64,000 nucleotides of DNA from Macrostomum lignano (Eukaryota): positions 74,043 to 138,042 of the forward strand of contig NIVC01002822.1 of the NCBI GenBank assembly GCA_002269645.1, in the 5' to 3' direction. A model generated the notes under the pieces. It was given only the letters and a program-made list of their open reading frames with translations. It ran no database searches and was not told the origin of the DNA. This document shows positions 45,922 through 57,900 of the stretch, piece after piece. Made by a program: the position numbers and the translations under genes. Within the stretch, counting starts at the first letter, position 1; each line of letters starts with the position of its first letter.

Positions 45922-48900
45922 CACTAATACTACTACTACCACTACTACTACTACTACCACTACTTACTACTACTACTACTGCTGATTGGGGCTGAAGGCT
46001 AATCAAATTCTTGCTACCACGAGCCACTATAAGCAGAGGACAGCCACTCACCCGATACCGGCCGCTGAGAATCTGCCTGAACAGCACATCCTTGGTGCCG
46101 TAGAAGGGCAGCGAGCCGGTCAACAGGATGTACAGCAGGACTCCGCAGCCCCAGGCGTCCACCGGCTTGCCGTAGGCCTCCCGCCGAATGACTTCGGGCG
46201 CCATGAAGTGCGGCGTGCCGATGCGGCCTTTGAATCGCGAGCGGAACGGATGGCACGGTGCGGTGAAATGCTTCTATTATAAATTTCTACTGTATATAAA
46301 TAGTTATCTATAAACTATTAATGCGGTTAAATCCTACAGACACGAGAGCTGTTTTTGAAGCGAATCCAGGCACTATTAACCAGCTCAAGTCTAGTTCAAA
46401 TCGGTCAAGTTTAGGATTTTTTAAATTTGACTAGCGAGCGGCGCCTTTTAAATTATAACAAAACTGAGCCATGCAAAATAAATTTAAAACAAAAAAACTG
46501 AAGCTCACACAAGCAGTTAAAATTCTGGTCTACTGTAATATTATCTCTGTGTATCACTACTCACTATTAAAAGCAGTCAGTAGTGTGGCAACGCAGCGTT
46601 TAAAGGAAATTGAAGATTAACACCGGATTAAATAACCAAAGAACAAATTGGGGGGTCAAATAAGATTATAAGCCAACGCTTCCAATGCGCTTATTAGATA
46701 ATCCGCCATAGCCAGCCGGTTATTGCTGTTAGGCTAAGTATAATAATTAACCGAGAATAAAATTATGAAAACATGAAATGAGAAATCAGAATTAAGAACA
46801 AAAGCTGTAAGGCATAGCAGCAGCACACGGCAAAGCTCAAGTCCTCAAACCCATTGTCCACATCAGTTATCACACACACACACAGCACCGTGTTGTTTAG
46901 TTAAAATGTTGTGCAGCTTCTTACCCAGCTGGTCATCTCTCAGGCTCACAAAGATTTCCTGCTCTACTTTAACTGGAGTGTCTGCAATAAGCGCGCGGTG
47001 CGGGCAGAGGGGAGAGGCAGGTTGGCAAGCACAATTATCAGGTCTTATTGAATTCTTCTTCAAAATTTTCAAAGTATCTTCTATCATCTAGATTCTGTGA
47101 AGGAAAGACAAGAGTTGGAGAATTGGGAAGCAGGTGAGATAAGAGATTAAGAATCTGGGAGACACGTGAGATGAGAGACTAAGAACCGGGAGGCAAGTAA
47201 GATTAAAGACTGAGAATCGGGGAGACAGGTTGGATGAGAGACTGAGAATCGGAAAGACAGGTGAGATGAGAGACTGAGAATCGGGGAGACAGGTGAGATG
47301 AGAGACTGACAATCGAAGAGACAGGTGAGATGAGACACTGAGAATCGGGGAGACAGGTGAGATGAGACACTGAGAATCGGGGAGACATGTGAGATAAGAC
47401 ACTGAGAATCGGGAGGCAGGTAAAACGAAACCCGAGTGCAGAATGTGCGGCAGTAACACAACTCAGCATAACTCAGCGTACTGCCAGTGCTGACGGTCCA
47501 GCTAGATACTGTAAAAATTTAAAGTACAAGCAGCAAAAGCAATAAAATAGCGGAAGTGTTGCAGAAAAAATGTTGCATAGTAAATGAAAAAAATTCACTT
47601 CTACAATTGACAAAACTATTTCGATTCACACAAAAGCAGAACAAACATCAAGAGTACTAAGTTGAAGCCAAATTAAAGCAGTTTCTTAGAATCTACGAGT
47701 GCATGACTGGGCGGTGTGAGGCCTCATCCGGACAGACTTCACAATTATCAACTATTTCGAATATTTTACGTTTTTTGAAACTCTTACGACCAAAACTACA
47801 GCTCATGGGATAGGGATCACAGATCATGGGATAGTGGGATAGGGTTCACAGATCATGGAATAGGGACCACAGATCATGGGATAGGGATCACAGATCATGG
47901 AATAGGGGTCAAAGATCATGGGATAGGGATCACAGATCATGGGATAGGGATCACAGATCATGGGATAGGGATCACAGATCATGGAATACGGATCACAGAT
48001 CATGGAATACGGATCACAGATCATGGGATAGGGGTCAAAGATCATGGGATAGGGATCACAGCTCATGGGATAGGGATCACAGATCATGGGATAGGGACCA
48101 CAGATCATGGGATAGGGATCACAGATCATGGAATAGGGGTCAAAGATCATGGGATAGGGATCACAGATCATGGGATAGGGATCACAGATCATGGGATAGG
48201 GATCACAGATCATGGGATAGGGATCACAAATCATGGGATAGGGATCACAGATCATGGGATAGGGATCACAGATCATGGAATACGGATCACAGATCATGGG
48301 ATAGAGATCACAGATCATGGGATAGGGATCACAGATCATGGGATAGGGGTCAAAGATCATGGGATAGTGGGATAGGGATCACAGATCATGGGATAGGGAT
48401 CACAGATCATGGAATACGGATCACAGATCATGGGATAGGGATCACAGATCATGGGATAGGGATCACAAATCATGGGATAGGGATCACAGATCATGGGATA
48501 GGGATCACAGATCATGGAATACGGATCACAGATCATGGGATAGAGATCACAGATCATGGGATAGGGATCACAGATCATGGGATAGGGGTCAAAGATCATG
48601 GGATAGTGGGATAGGGATCACAGATCATGGGATAGGGATCACAGATCATGGAATACGGATCACAGATCATGGGATAGGGATCACAGATCATGGGATAGGG
48701 ATCACAGATCATGGGATAGGGATCACAGATCATGGGATAGAGATCACAGATCATGGGATAGGGATCACAGATCATGGGATAGGGATCACAGATCATGGGA
48801 TAGTGGGATAGGGATCACAGATCATGGGATAGGGATCACAGATCATGGAATACGGATCACAGATCATGGGATAGGGATCACAGATCATGGGATAGGGATC

Positions 48901-51900
48901 ACAGATCATGGGATAGGGATCACAGATCATGGGATAGGGATCACAGATCATGGGATAGAGATCACAGATCATGGGATAGGGATCACAGCTCATGGGATAG
49001 GGATTACAGCTCATGGGATAGGGATTACAGATCATAGGATAGGGATCACAGCTCATGGGGTAGGGATCATAGATCATGGGATAGGGATCAAAGATCATGG
49101 AATAGGGATCACAGATCATGGGGTAGGGGTCACAAATCATGGGGTAGGGATCACAGATCATGAGATAGGGATCACATATCATGTGATAGGGATCACAGCT
49201 GAATGAGACAAAGATCGTGATGGCAGGTGAACTATAAGACACATCTATAAGACAGAGCAGCAAGAAAAAGCAAACAAAATCTCAGGTGAGATCTCACCCC
49301 CAGGAACGAGCCCGCTGCTGTCGAGCTGTATGGCGATGCCAAAACCGCCGAGTTTCACAGGCGCCGAGTTCTCCTTGGAGTGCAGCAGCACGCAGTGCGG
49401 CTTCAGGTCGCGGTGGATGATGTTGTGCTCGTGACAGTAGCGCACCGCCTCCAGGATCTGCCGCATGTAGTGCCTGCAGAGGTGACGGCGTGTGAGCTGA
49501 AGCAGCAACTTAGAGATCCCTTGAGATACCCAGGGGGAGCTGCCGTGACAAACTGCTAGCATTCCCTGTCACACTGCCAGGCATTCCCTGTCACACTGCC
49601 AGGCATTCCCTGTCACACTGCCAGGCATTCCCTGTCACACTGCTAGGCATTCCCTGTCACACTGCTAGGTATTCCCTGTCACACTGCTAGGCATTCACTG
49701 TCCCACACTGCTAGGCATTCACTGTCACACACTGCTAGGCATTCACTGTCACACACTGCTAGGCATTCACTGTCACACACTGCTAGGCATTTACTGTCAC
49801 ACACTGCTAGGCATTCACTGTCACACACTGCTAGGCATTCACTGTCACACACTGCTAGGCATTCACTGTCACACACTGCTAGCATTCACTATCACACACT
49901 GCTAGCATTCCCTGTCACACACTGCTAGGCATTCACTGTCACACACTGCTAGGCATTCACTGTCACACACTGCTAGGCATTCACTGTCACACACTGCTAG
50001 GCATTCACTGTCACACACTGCTAGCATTCACTGTCACACACTGCTAGGCATTCACTGTCACACACTGCTAGGCATTCACTGTCACACACTGCTAGCATTC
50101 ACTGTCACACACTGCTAGCATTCACTGTCACACACTGCTAGGCATTCACTGTCACACACTGCTAGGCATTCCCTGTCACACTGCTAGGCATTCACTGTCA
50201 CACACTGCTAGGCATTCCCTATCACACACTGCTAGGCATTCACTGTCACACACTGCTAGGCATTCCCTGTCACACTGCTAGGCATTCACTGTCACACACT
50301 GCTAGGCATTCCCTATCACACACTGCTAGGCATTCACTGTCACACACTGCTAGGCATTCCCTGTCACACTGCTAGGCATTCACTATCACACACTGCTAGG
50401 CATTCACTATCACACACTGCTAGGCATTCCCTGTCACACACTGCTAGGCATTCACTGTCACACACTGCTAGGCATTCCCTGTCACACTGCTAGGCATTCA
50501 CTATCACACACTGCTAGGCATTCCCTGTCACACACTGCTAGGCATTCACTGTCACACACTGCTAGCATTCACTGTCACACACTGCTAGCATTCACTGTCA
50601 CACACTGCTAGCATTCACTGTCACACACTGCTAGCATTCACTGTCACACACTGCTAGCATTCACTGTCACACACTGCTAGCATTCACTGTCACACACTGC
50701 TAGGCATTCACTGTCACACACTGCTAGGCATTCACTGTCACACACTGCTAGCATTCACTGTCACACACTGCTAGCATTCACTGTCACACACTGCTAGGCA
50801 TTCACTGTCACACACTGCTAGGCATTCACTATCACACACTGCTAGGCATTCCCTGTCACACACTGCTAGCATTCACTGTCACACACTGCTAGCATTCACT
50901 GTCACACACTGCTAGCATTCACTGTCACACACTGCTAGCATTCACTGCCCGAAAGCAGAGTACAAAAGCAACGCTGCGGCTTACGTGGCGACACTCTCGC
51001 TGAACACGAAACCGGCAGTGGCCCGCTTGACAATCTCGAAGCAGAGATCGGCGCCGTCCATGCTGCGGTGAACAGACGGGGATCGGTGCGGCTTGAGACC
51101 TTAGATAGTTTGAACTACTAACAAGTAGCATAACTCATATTTTAAGCAGAACAAATTTTCTGCTTTAAAATTTTCCAACTTGTCCCGCCTCCAGTGAAGC
51201 AGTTCCGGAAGCTTAAAGTGTGAAAAGCAAAGACAAAATCTTGCTTTCAGCATAGCAAACCGAACTGGATGAAAGATCCACTGACAGCCGGAGGGCGGTG
51301 GAGACTGAAAAAATGCAGTCTTTTCCCAATAATCTGCGCCTCAAAAACTATCACAATGCGCACTGACTGCTTGCTAAGCAAATAGGTGGGCTCAGCAAGC
51401 GGCTGGCATTGTGGGCTCGGAGAGACGGAAAATAATTTGCACCTTTTTAAAAATTTGTTCCAAATTCAATTATTTTGGCATGTGAATACTGCGGCATCAC
51501 AAAAGCACATTTAAATGGGGAGCTTATGGACTGCCTTGGACACAAAACTCAAAGGGCTTGTGGACGCATGAAATACATGTATTGTAATTGCAGAAAGCAG
51601 AGGACACCCTTTAAGACACCCATTGGAACTGTACTGAGGACACCCCTTGGAACACCCATTGGAACTGTACTGAGGACACCCCTAGAACACCCATTGGAAC
51701 TGTACTGCGGACACCCCTTGGAACACCCATTGGAACTGTACTGAGGACACCCCTTGGAACACCCATTGGAACTGTACTGAGGACACCCCTAGAACACCCA
51801 TTGGAACTGTACTGCGGACACCCATTGGAACACCCATTGGAACTGTACTGAGGACACCCCTTGGAACACCCATTGGAACTGTACTGAGGACACCCCTTGG

Positions 51901-54900
51901 AACACCCATTGGAACTGTACTGAGGACACCCCTTGGAACACCCATTGGAACTGTACTGAGGACACCCCTTGGAACACCCATTGAAACTGTACTGAGGACA
52001 CAAATAAAGACACCATTGGAAAATCACTGCGGACACACATTTGAAGCAAACTTGTACTCAAACCCAATCTTGAATAATTGCAATCTGAATTTACTTGGCT
52101 AAAATGAGTTTAGCAAGCAGAGAAATACACAAAAACACAATTAGTGTAACACCCAACCCAAGCCCCAGCGAGTTCCGATAATCAATCAAGTGCAGAGCAT
52201 CACTGGTTATTGATTGCTTGCAGGCCGTGGAGCCTCGCCGGGATGTCCAGACAGGGGAATCCGTAAGGCGGATTACCGCAACCAACCGACTGCAAAGCAG
52301 CTCTATTAAGCCGCGGCCAAATCCACCAGTTTGCAAGGGATGGGGGGCGGGGAGGTCTCGCGAGAGATGGGAGCCATCGATTTGGAATCACAGCTGGGCG
52401 AGACTTCTGTCTGACTGTCTGGCTGGGTGAGATGGGGAATTTTGAGTGAGAAGAGTGAGAATGAACAGAGGTAGTGGCAATTATGTTTCTTGAGAGTTAA
52501 TAGAAAAAGAAGAGGTTAAGAGTGGAGGTCACTGACTGGAGGGATGGTATAAAGAGAGATAGAGAGAATGAGAGAAAGAGAGAAAGAGATAGAGGGGGGA
52601 GGTAGAGTTAGGAGAGGGTAGCAAGCTAGGATACGGTAGAGGGTCAGTGATAAGACAGACAGAAGCGCCTGCACTGCAGCATCAATGCAGACTATAATGC
52701 AATAACAGCAATAATTATATTAGACCGAATATACAAGCCAGTCCAATACGAGAGCTTGCTGCGGCTTTTCGCGGAGAAATTCGCCAGAATAAAAGAAAGA
52801 GACACCGAGACGGTGGATTAGGCTGGCAGACTTGCGCGGGTTGAGAAGGATAAATTTGATGAGGTCGGTGCAGTCCAGCCTCCGCCTCAAGCTGCAGGGG
52901 ATGGCAGGCAGCAGTTGAGGAGATCAGTGGGCGCTCTCACCCCGCCTCTCGACTAGGTCTGACGCGGTTGCCGGAGAAAATCCCAGGCGAACCGCCCGCC
53001 CCTGTCTGACCCGCTTCGCCCGCTTTCTTGTGCAGTCTATCTCTACTTTGAGCTCCATGCGGAGAAAAAACACTAAAAGCAGAGGGAAGAATTAGGAAAA
53101 ACTGCTGCTCCGTAAGCTCACGCCCTACCGCCTCAGTCTCGTCCACCCAGCTCATCTCTGTACTGTCTGTCCCTGCGCCTGATATACAAGGACAAGTGAA
53201 GTGGATCAGGCGCTGCTGCTTCGCTTTGTTGCCTCCCTCAACGGGGGGGGGGGAAGATGGCTAGTCCACTACACTAAAAATGAGTATTTATCGAAAAATA
53301 AAATACTCTGTTATTTCAATGTGTTTTGAGACCTGCTCAATTTTAAAACAATCTGACAGTTTAATTTCCGCTATCTAAGTTTCCAGCCCAGATGTCTAGC
53401 CTGAGGCGCCCATGGCTCACCTCAAGTTGCCCCTCCCTTAGGTTAGAGAGGGGGGCAAGGACATAATACCGGAGGAGAAGAAGGGTTGCCAAATTCCTTT
53501 TCAGGCTTTGATCGCTGCCCTCCCTTATCTAATACAGACTCTCTGATGGTCAGCCCGGCAGGCGGCCAAGTTCCGCACAGGGTGGAAAATCTCGCTAATA
53601 AAGGAAGTTGCTTGGGATTTCACCCCTGTCCGTCAGAGGTGTCATCAGGCGAAGACGGGCCCGTGTGGAACAGATTAACAGGCAGTAATCACAGCTGGAA
53701 TTCCGCGAAGGACAGACAGACAGACAGACAATTCATTTTTTTTCAAACTAAAACGTTCAAAAACTTCAAAGGAATCTGAGTCTGTGTTTGTACCACCCTG
53801 TAGGCATTTAGCAGAATCTACAGATTCACTGCCGAAAAACCTACACTACCAAATTCTTTCCTAGCTTGGCATAGTGTGAACACACTGACAGACAGACAGG
53901 TTAAAATAGAATCGTCAGATTATGATCTTAACCGCACCCGAATTTGCGCACAGACTGCCTATGTCCACTCTGCTTAACTGTAGAATGCAGTTGTACTTTT
54001 ACTAAGCTATGTATTACTATGGAACAGCTGGAACTGGAGATTAGGTACTTGAAATAAGTTTTACAATACCCACTGCTGCCTAAAATAAGACCTAGCAGAT
54101 AGGGAATCGGAAATACTGAGTGTCTAAATAATAGCCTAACTATATATTCTCAATCCTTTTGCAGCTTAGCTTATTAATGTGACTTGACTGTGTACTTGTA
54201 TTTATGTTGTCAGTTTGGACCGTGTTGTTTTTATCTATGGGCTCGCATGAAGCCAAGAGACAGTACCAGTTTTAAAGCCCCGCTGTGTGGCAAGCTAAAA
54301 TATCGAAGAACCTTAAGAGGTCTGGAGGGTAAGAAGTACGCAATTACTCGTATTTTGCAAGACACAGGAAGCAGAGAGTATTTGTGAATTCGCTTTCATT
54401 TGAAAGCATTTGAGTAATGTTTCACTGTCATCAAAAGGGATTGCTTTAAAGAAAAAGCAGCCAACCTCTAACCCCAAAAGAAAATAACAAGGTTAATCTT
54501 TTCCAGCGAATAGGCGTGCAACACCGTGGATTCGCTGAAAGAAACAACAAAGAATGATTCGTACGACAGCAGAATCCAGCGCGAACTAAACTTGGCTGAT
54601 GGAGACATATGATATATACGTGTATACGAATACACAGCAGCAGCAACCGCAAACCGCAGGTATGGAGGTGACAGAAAGACGCACAGAAATTCAGCAAGAG
54701 CCGGTCACGCTGCGCTGACTGCACAGTATGCTAGAAAAGGACTGCAGTTTTGCAACAGAAAATGGGGTTGGTGGAGAGGAAGTGAGAGACGGGGACGCAG
54801 GAAGGGAAAAATGGGTGCAATAAATCATGGAGGGGAGCCGCCTCTTCGCTCTTTACCCCCCCCCTGCTCCCCCGCAGTGTGTTGATTAACTTCAACGCCG

Positions 54901-57900
54901 AACGGGCATCCTGCGTAAAACAGCGCTGAAAGCAACTCACTATTCAAACACCATGTAGAGCATGCCCTCCATGCTGTAGGTTTCCTGCAGCTCCACAATG
55001 TGGTTGTGCTTCAGCAGATGGCAGATGCTGGCCTCCCGCTTCAGGTCTGCGAATTTCGGGTCGGGGGTTGATAAAGCTGATTCTTGTGCGGCAAAGCGGT
55101 TTAAGGACGATTTTTTGGGGGATTTAGGGGCGATTCTTGTGGGGATTGAGGGGCGATTCTTATGGGGGTTGAGGGGCGATTCTTTTGGGGATTGAGAGGC
55201 GAATCTTTTGGGGATTGAGGGGCGATTCTTTTGGGGATTGAGGGGCGATTCTTTTGGGGATTCAGGGGCGATTGTTTTGGGGATTGAAGGGAGATTTTTT
55301 TGGGGATTGAAGGGCGATTCTTTTGGGGATTGAGGGGCGATTGTTTTGGGGATTGAAGGGCGATTCTTTTGGGGATTGAGGGGCGATTCTTTTGGGGATT
55401 GAAGGGCGATTCTTTTGGGGATTGAAGGGCGATTCTTTTGGGGATTGAGGGGCGAGGAACAATTTTAAAAGTCAATACTTTCAGAATCTCAATACTCACC
55501 AGCAGTTGACAGCCCAGGACTCGAAGCAAACTTTGTCACATCCACAGTTTTAACAGCATACAGCTTTTGTGTCTGCTTGTGAATGCACTTGCGCACAATG
55601 CTGAATGGGCCCCTAAAATTAGTAGTTCGATCATTTATTTGGATACAGTTGACATTGCGTTTAAAAATAATTTAATGACTAGCTGTAGTAATTAATATAC
55701 TTTGAATGTATAGCCCTTAGCTTTGTCTATAGTAACAAAGCTAGCTGTATAGTGCAATTTTCCAGTGGATTGTTCCATATGCCAAATATTTTATGCCAGC
55801 CCATTTTTCACGTCTATTATATGCCAGAATTTTCCAACATATATAAAAGATTTGGGAGTAGGGAGTTCTATAATAAGACTTTTCAAAATTGTCTACCAAT
55901 TTTAAGTATACACTAGCTATCACAAATAGGTACCATAAATTACTAGCATATATAACATGATCCTATTCTAATTTAATTGTCTATCAAGTTTAGACAAATA
56001 TTTTTTTTAAGTTTTAGAATTAGATACACATTATACTACAACCTTAAAATCACCAATATACTAAATCTCTTAGATCCGTCTGTCTGTCTGTCTGTCCTGA
56101 CCGGTATTTCAGTCTACAGCCTGAATGCCTAAACTGATTTTTTTCAAACTTGCTTTATTCATTTGAAAATTCTTGTGAGATTGTGTGGGTGTAAATTGCA
56201 TTGATAAATTCGAATGGGAAGATGGTTAAATATTCAAAAAACTGTATTTTCCCTATCTAATTAGTGTATTTTTCTCACAGTGAGGGCTCAATATGTCTAT
56301 GGCCATAGACTAAACTTCAACTTCTTGAGCTAATGCTATATGAGCTATAAATAATTAAATATGCATATTCAAAAACATGCTTTTTTGCATAAGGGAGAGA
56401 TATCAGCCAGTGCACTTTAAAAGTATTGAAGTATTGCGCAACTATGTATAGGCCTCACTGCTATATATCACTGCTATGTATTTGACTGCAGTGCCAAAGC
56501 ATATATGGCTGATGCTAAAAATGGTCTGTCTGTGTGTGCCCTGGGTCTCGGGTGCTTGCTACATCTGTTGGATGCTTGCTAATTGGCGCCATTATATAGT
56601 ATATGCAAGGGATAGAAAAATGCTCAGTGGCTACATGCTTGCTGTCTAGGGGATGCTTGCTGTCTGGGGGATGCTTGCTGTCTTGGAGAATGCTTACTGT
56701 CTGGGGGATGCTTGCTGTCTTGGGGATGCTTGCTGATGCTTGTTGTCTGAGTAATGCTTGCTGTTTAGGGGATGCTTGCTGTCTGAGGAATGCTTGCTGT
56801 TTAGGAGATGCTTGCTATCTGAGGGATGCTTGCTGTCTGGGTGATACTTGCTGTCTGGGGGATGTTTGCTGATGCTTGCTGTCTGGGGGATGCTTGCTAT
56901 CTGAGGAATGCTTGCTGTCTGAAGGATGCTTGCTATCTGAGGAATGCTTGCTGTCTGGGGAATGCTTGCTGTCTGAGGAATGCTTGCTGTCTGAGGAATG
57001 CTTGCTGTCTGGGGGGTTTTTGCTGTCTGGGGAATGCTTGCTAATGCTTGCTGTCTGGGGAATGCTTGCTGATGCTTGCTGTCTGGGGGATACTTGCTGT
57101 CTAAGGAATGCTTGCTGTCTGTGGGATGCTTGCTGTCTGAGGAATACTTGCTGTCTGGGAGATGCTTGCAGATGCTTGCTGTCTGAGGAATACTTGCTAT
57201 CTGGGGGCTGCTTGCTTTCTGGGAGATTCTTTGAGTTAGGCTAATAAAGAGGGGTCTAAGGCTGTGAGCACCTGCTATAGACCAGAATATGCTCCGGCCA
57301 GTGATAATATGCACTAAGAGTTTGTGCTTGAAAGGATAAGCACTATTTGCTGATTGAGAAAGGGTTTTGGGTTGATGAAGGAAACTTTCTTGATGAAAGT
57401 TTTGATTTATGGCAATTTGGTGTCATTTTTAAGGCCTCCCAATGGGGGGGGGCTAAATGGCTAGTATATATACTAAAGTGCTTATGGTTTGGTCATCTCC
57501 AAAGAACCATAGTGCAAAAAGATGGGTGTATAATAGAAATTTTCATTACACAAAGGCTAGCCATTGTACACATTAAAGATCATTCATTTTTGCAAGGGCC
57601 CTTTGTTGTACATGTTGTACCATTGTATATATTGGTCATGTTATTATACATTACATGCATTTAAAAGTTTACAAAAGACTGTGAATTTATGAGTGGTTAT
57701 ATTACTACTATTTGAATTACTTGTAGTAGTAAAATTTTTTCATGATATACTATATAGTATTTAATTAAGTTAGAATGCTGATTAAAAACAACATTTACAT
57801 TATATCTATCATGTTTTTTTCTACAATTCAAGTAAAAAAACTGCACAATGCAATAGTTTTTAACCTTGCTACAGAAAAAAAAATTTAAGCCAAGCAAATA

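Noticed and set aside
45437-46051. CASK intron 6 is 615 nt (3n) with a long poly-Ser reading
   Set aside because: In-frame TAA at 45475-45473 blocks read-through.
53600-53660. Hammerhead-like CTGATGA..GAAA on the minus strand
   Set aside because: A stem II can be drawn, but no stem I, stem III or NUH cleavage triplet could be paired.
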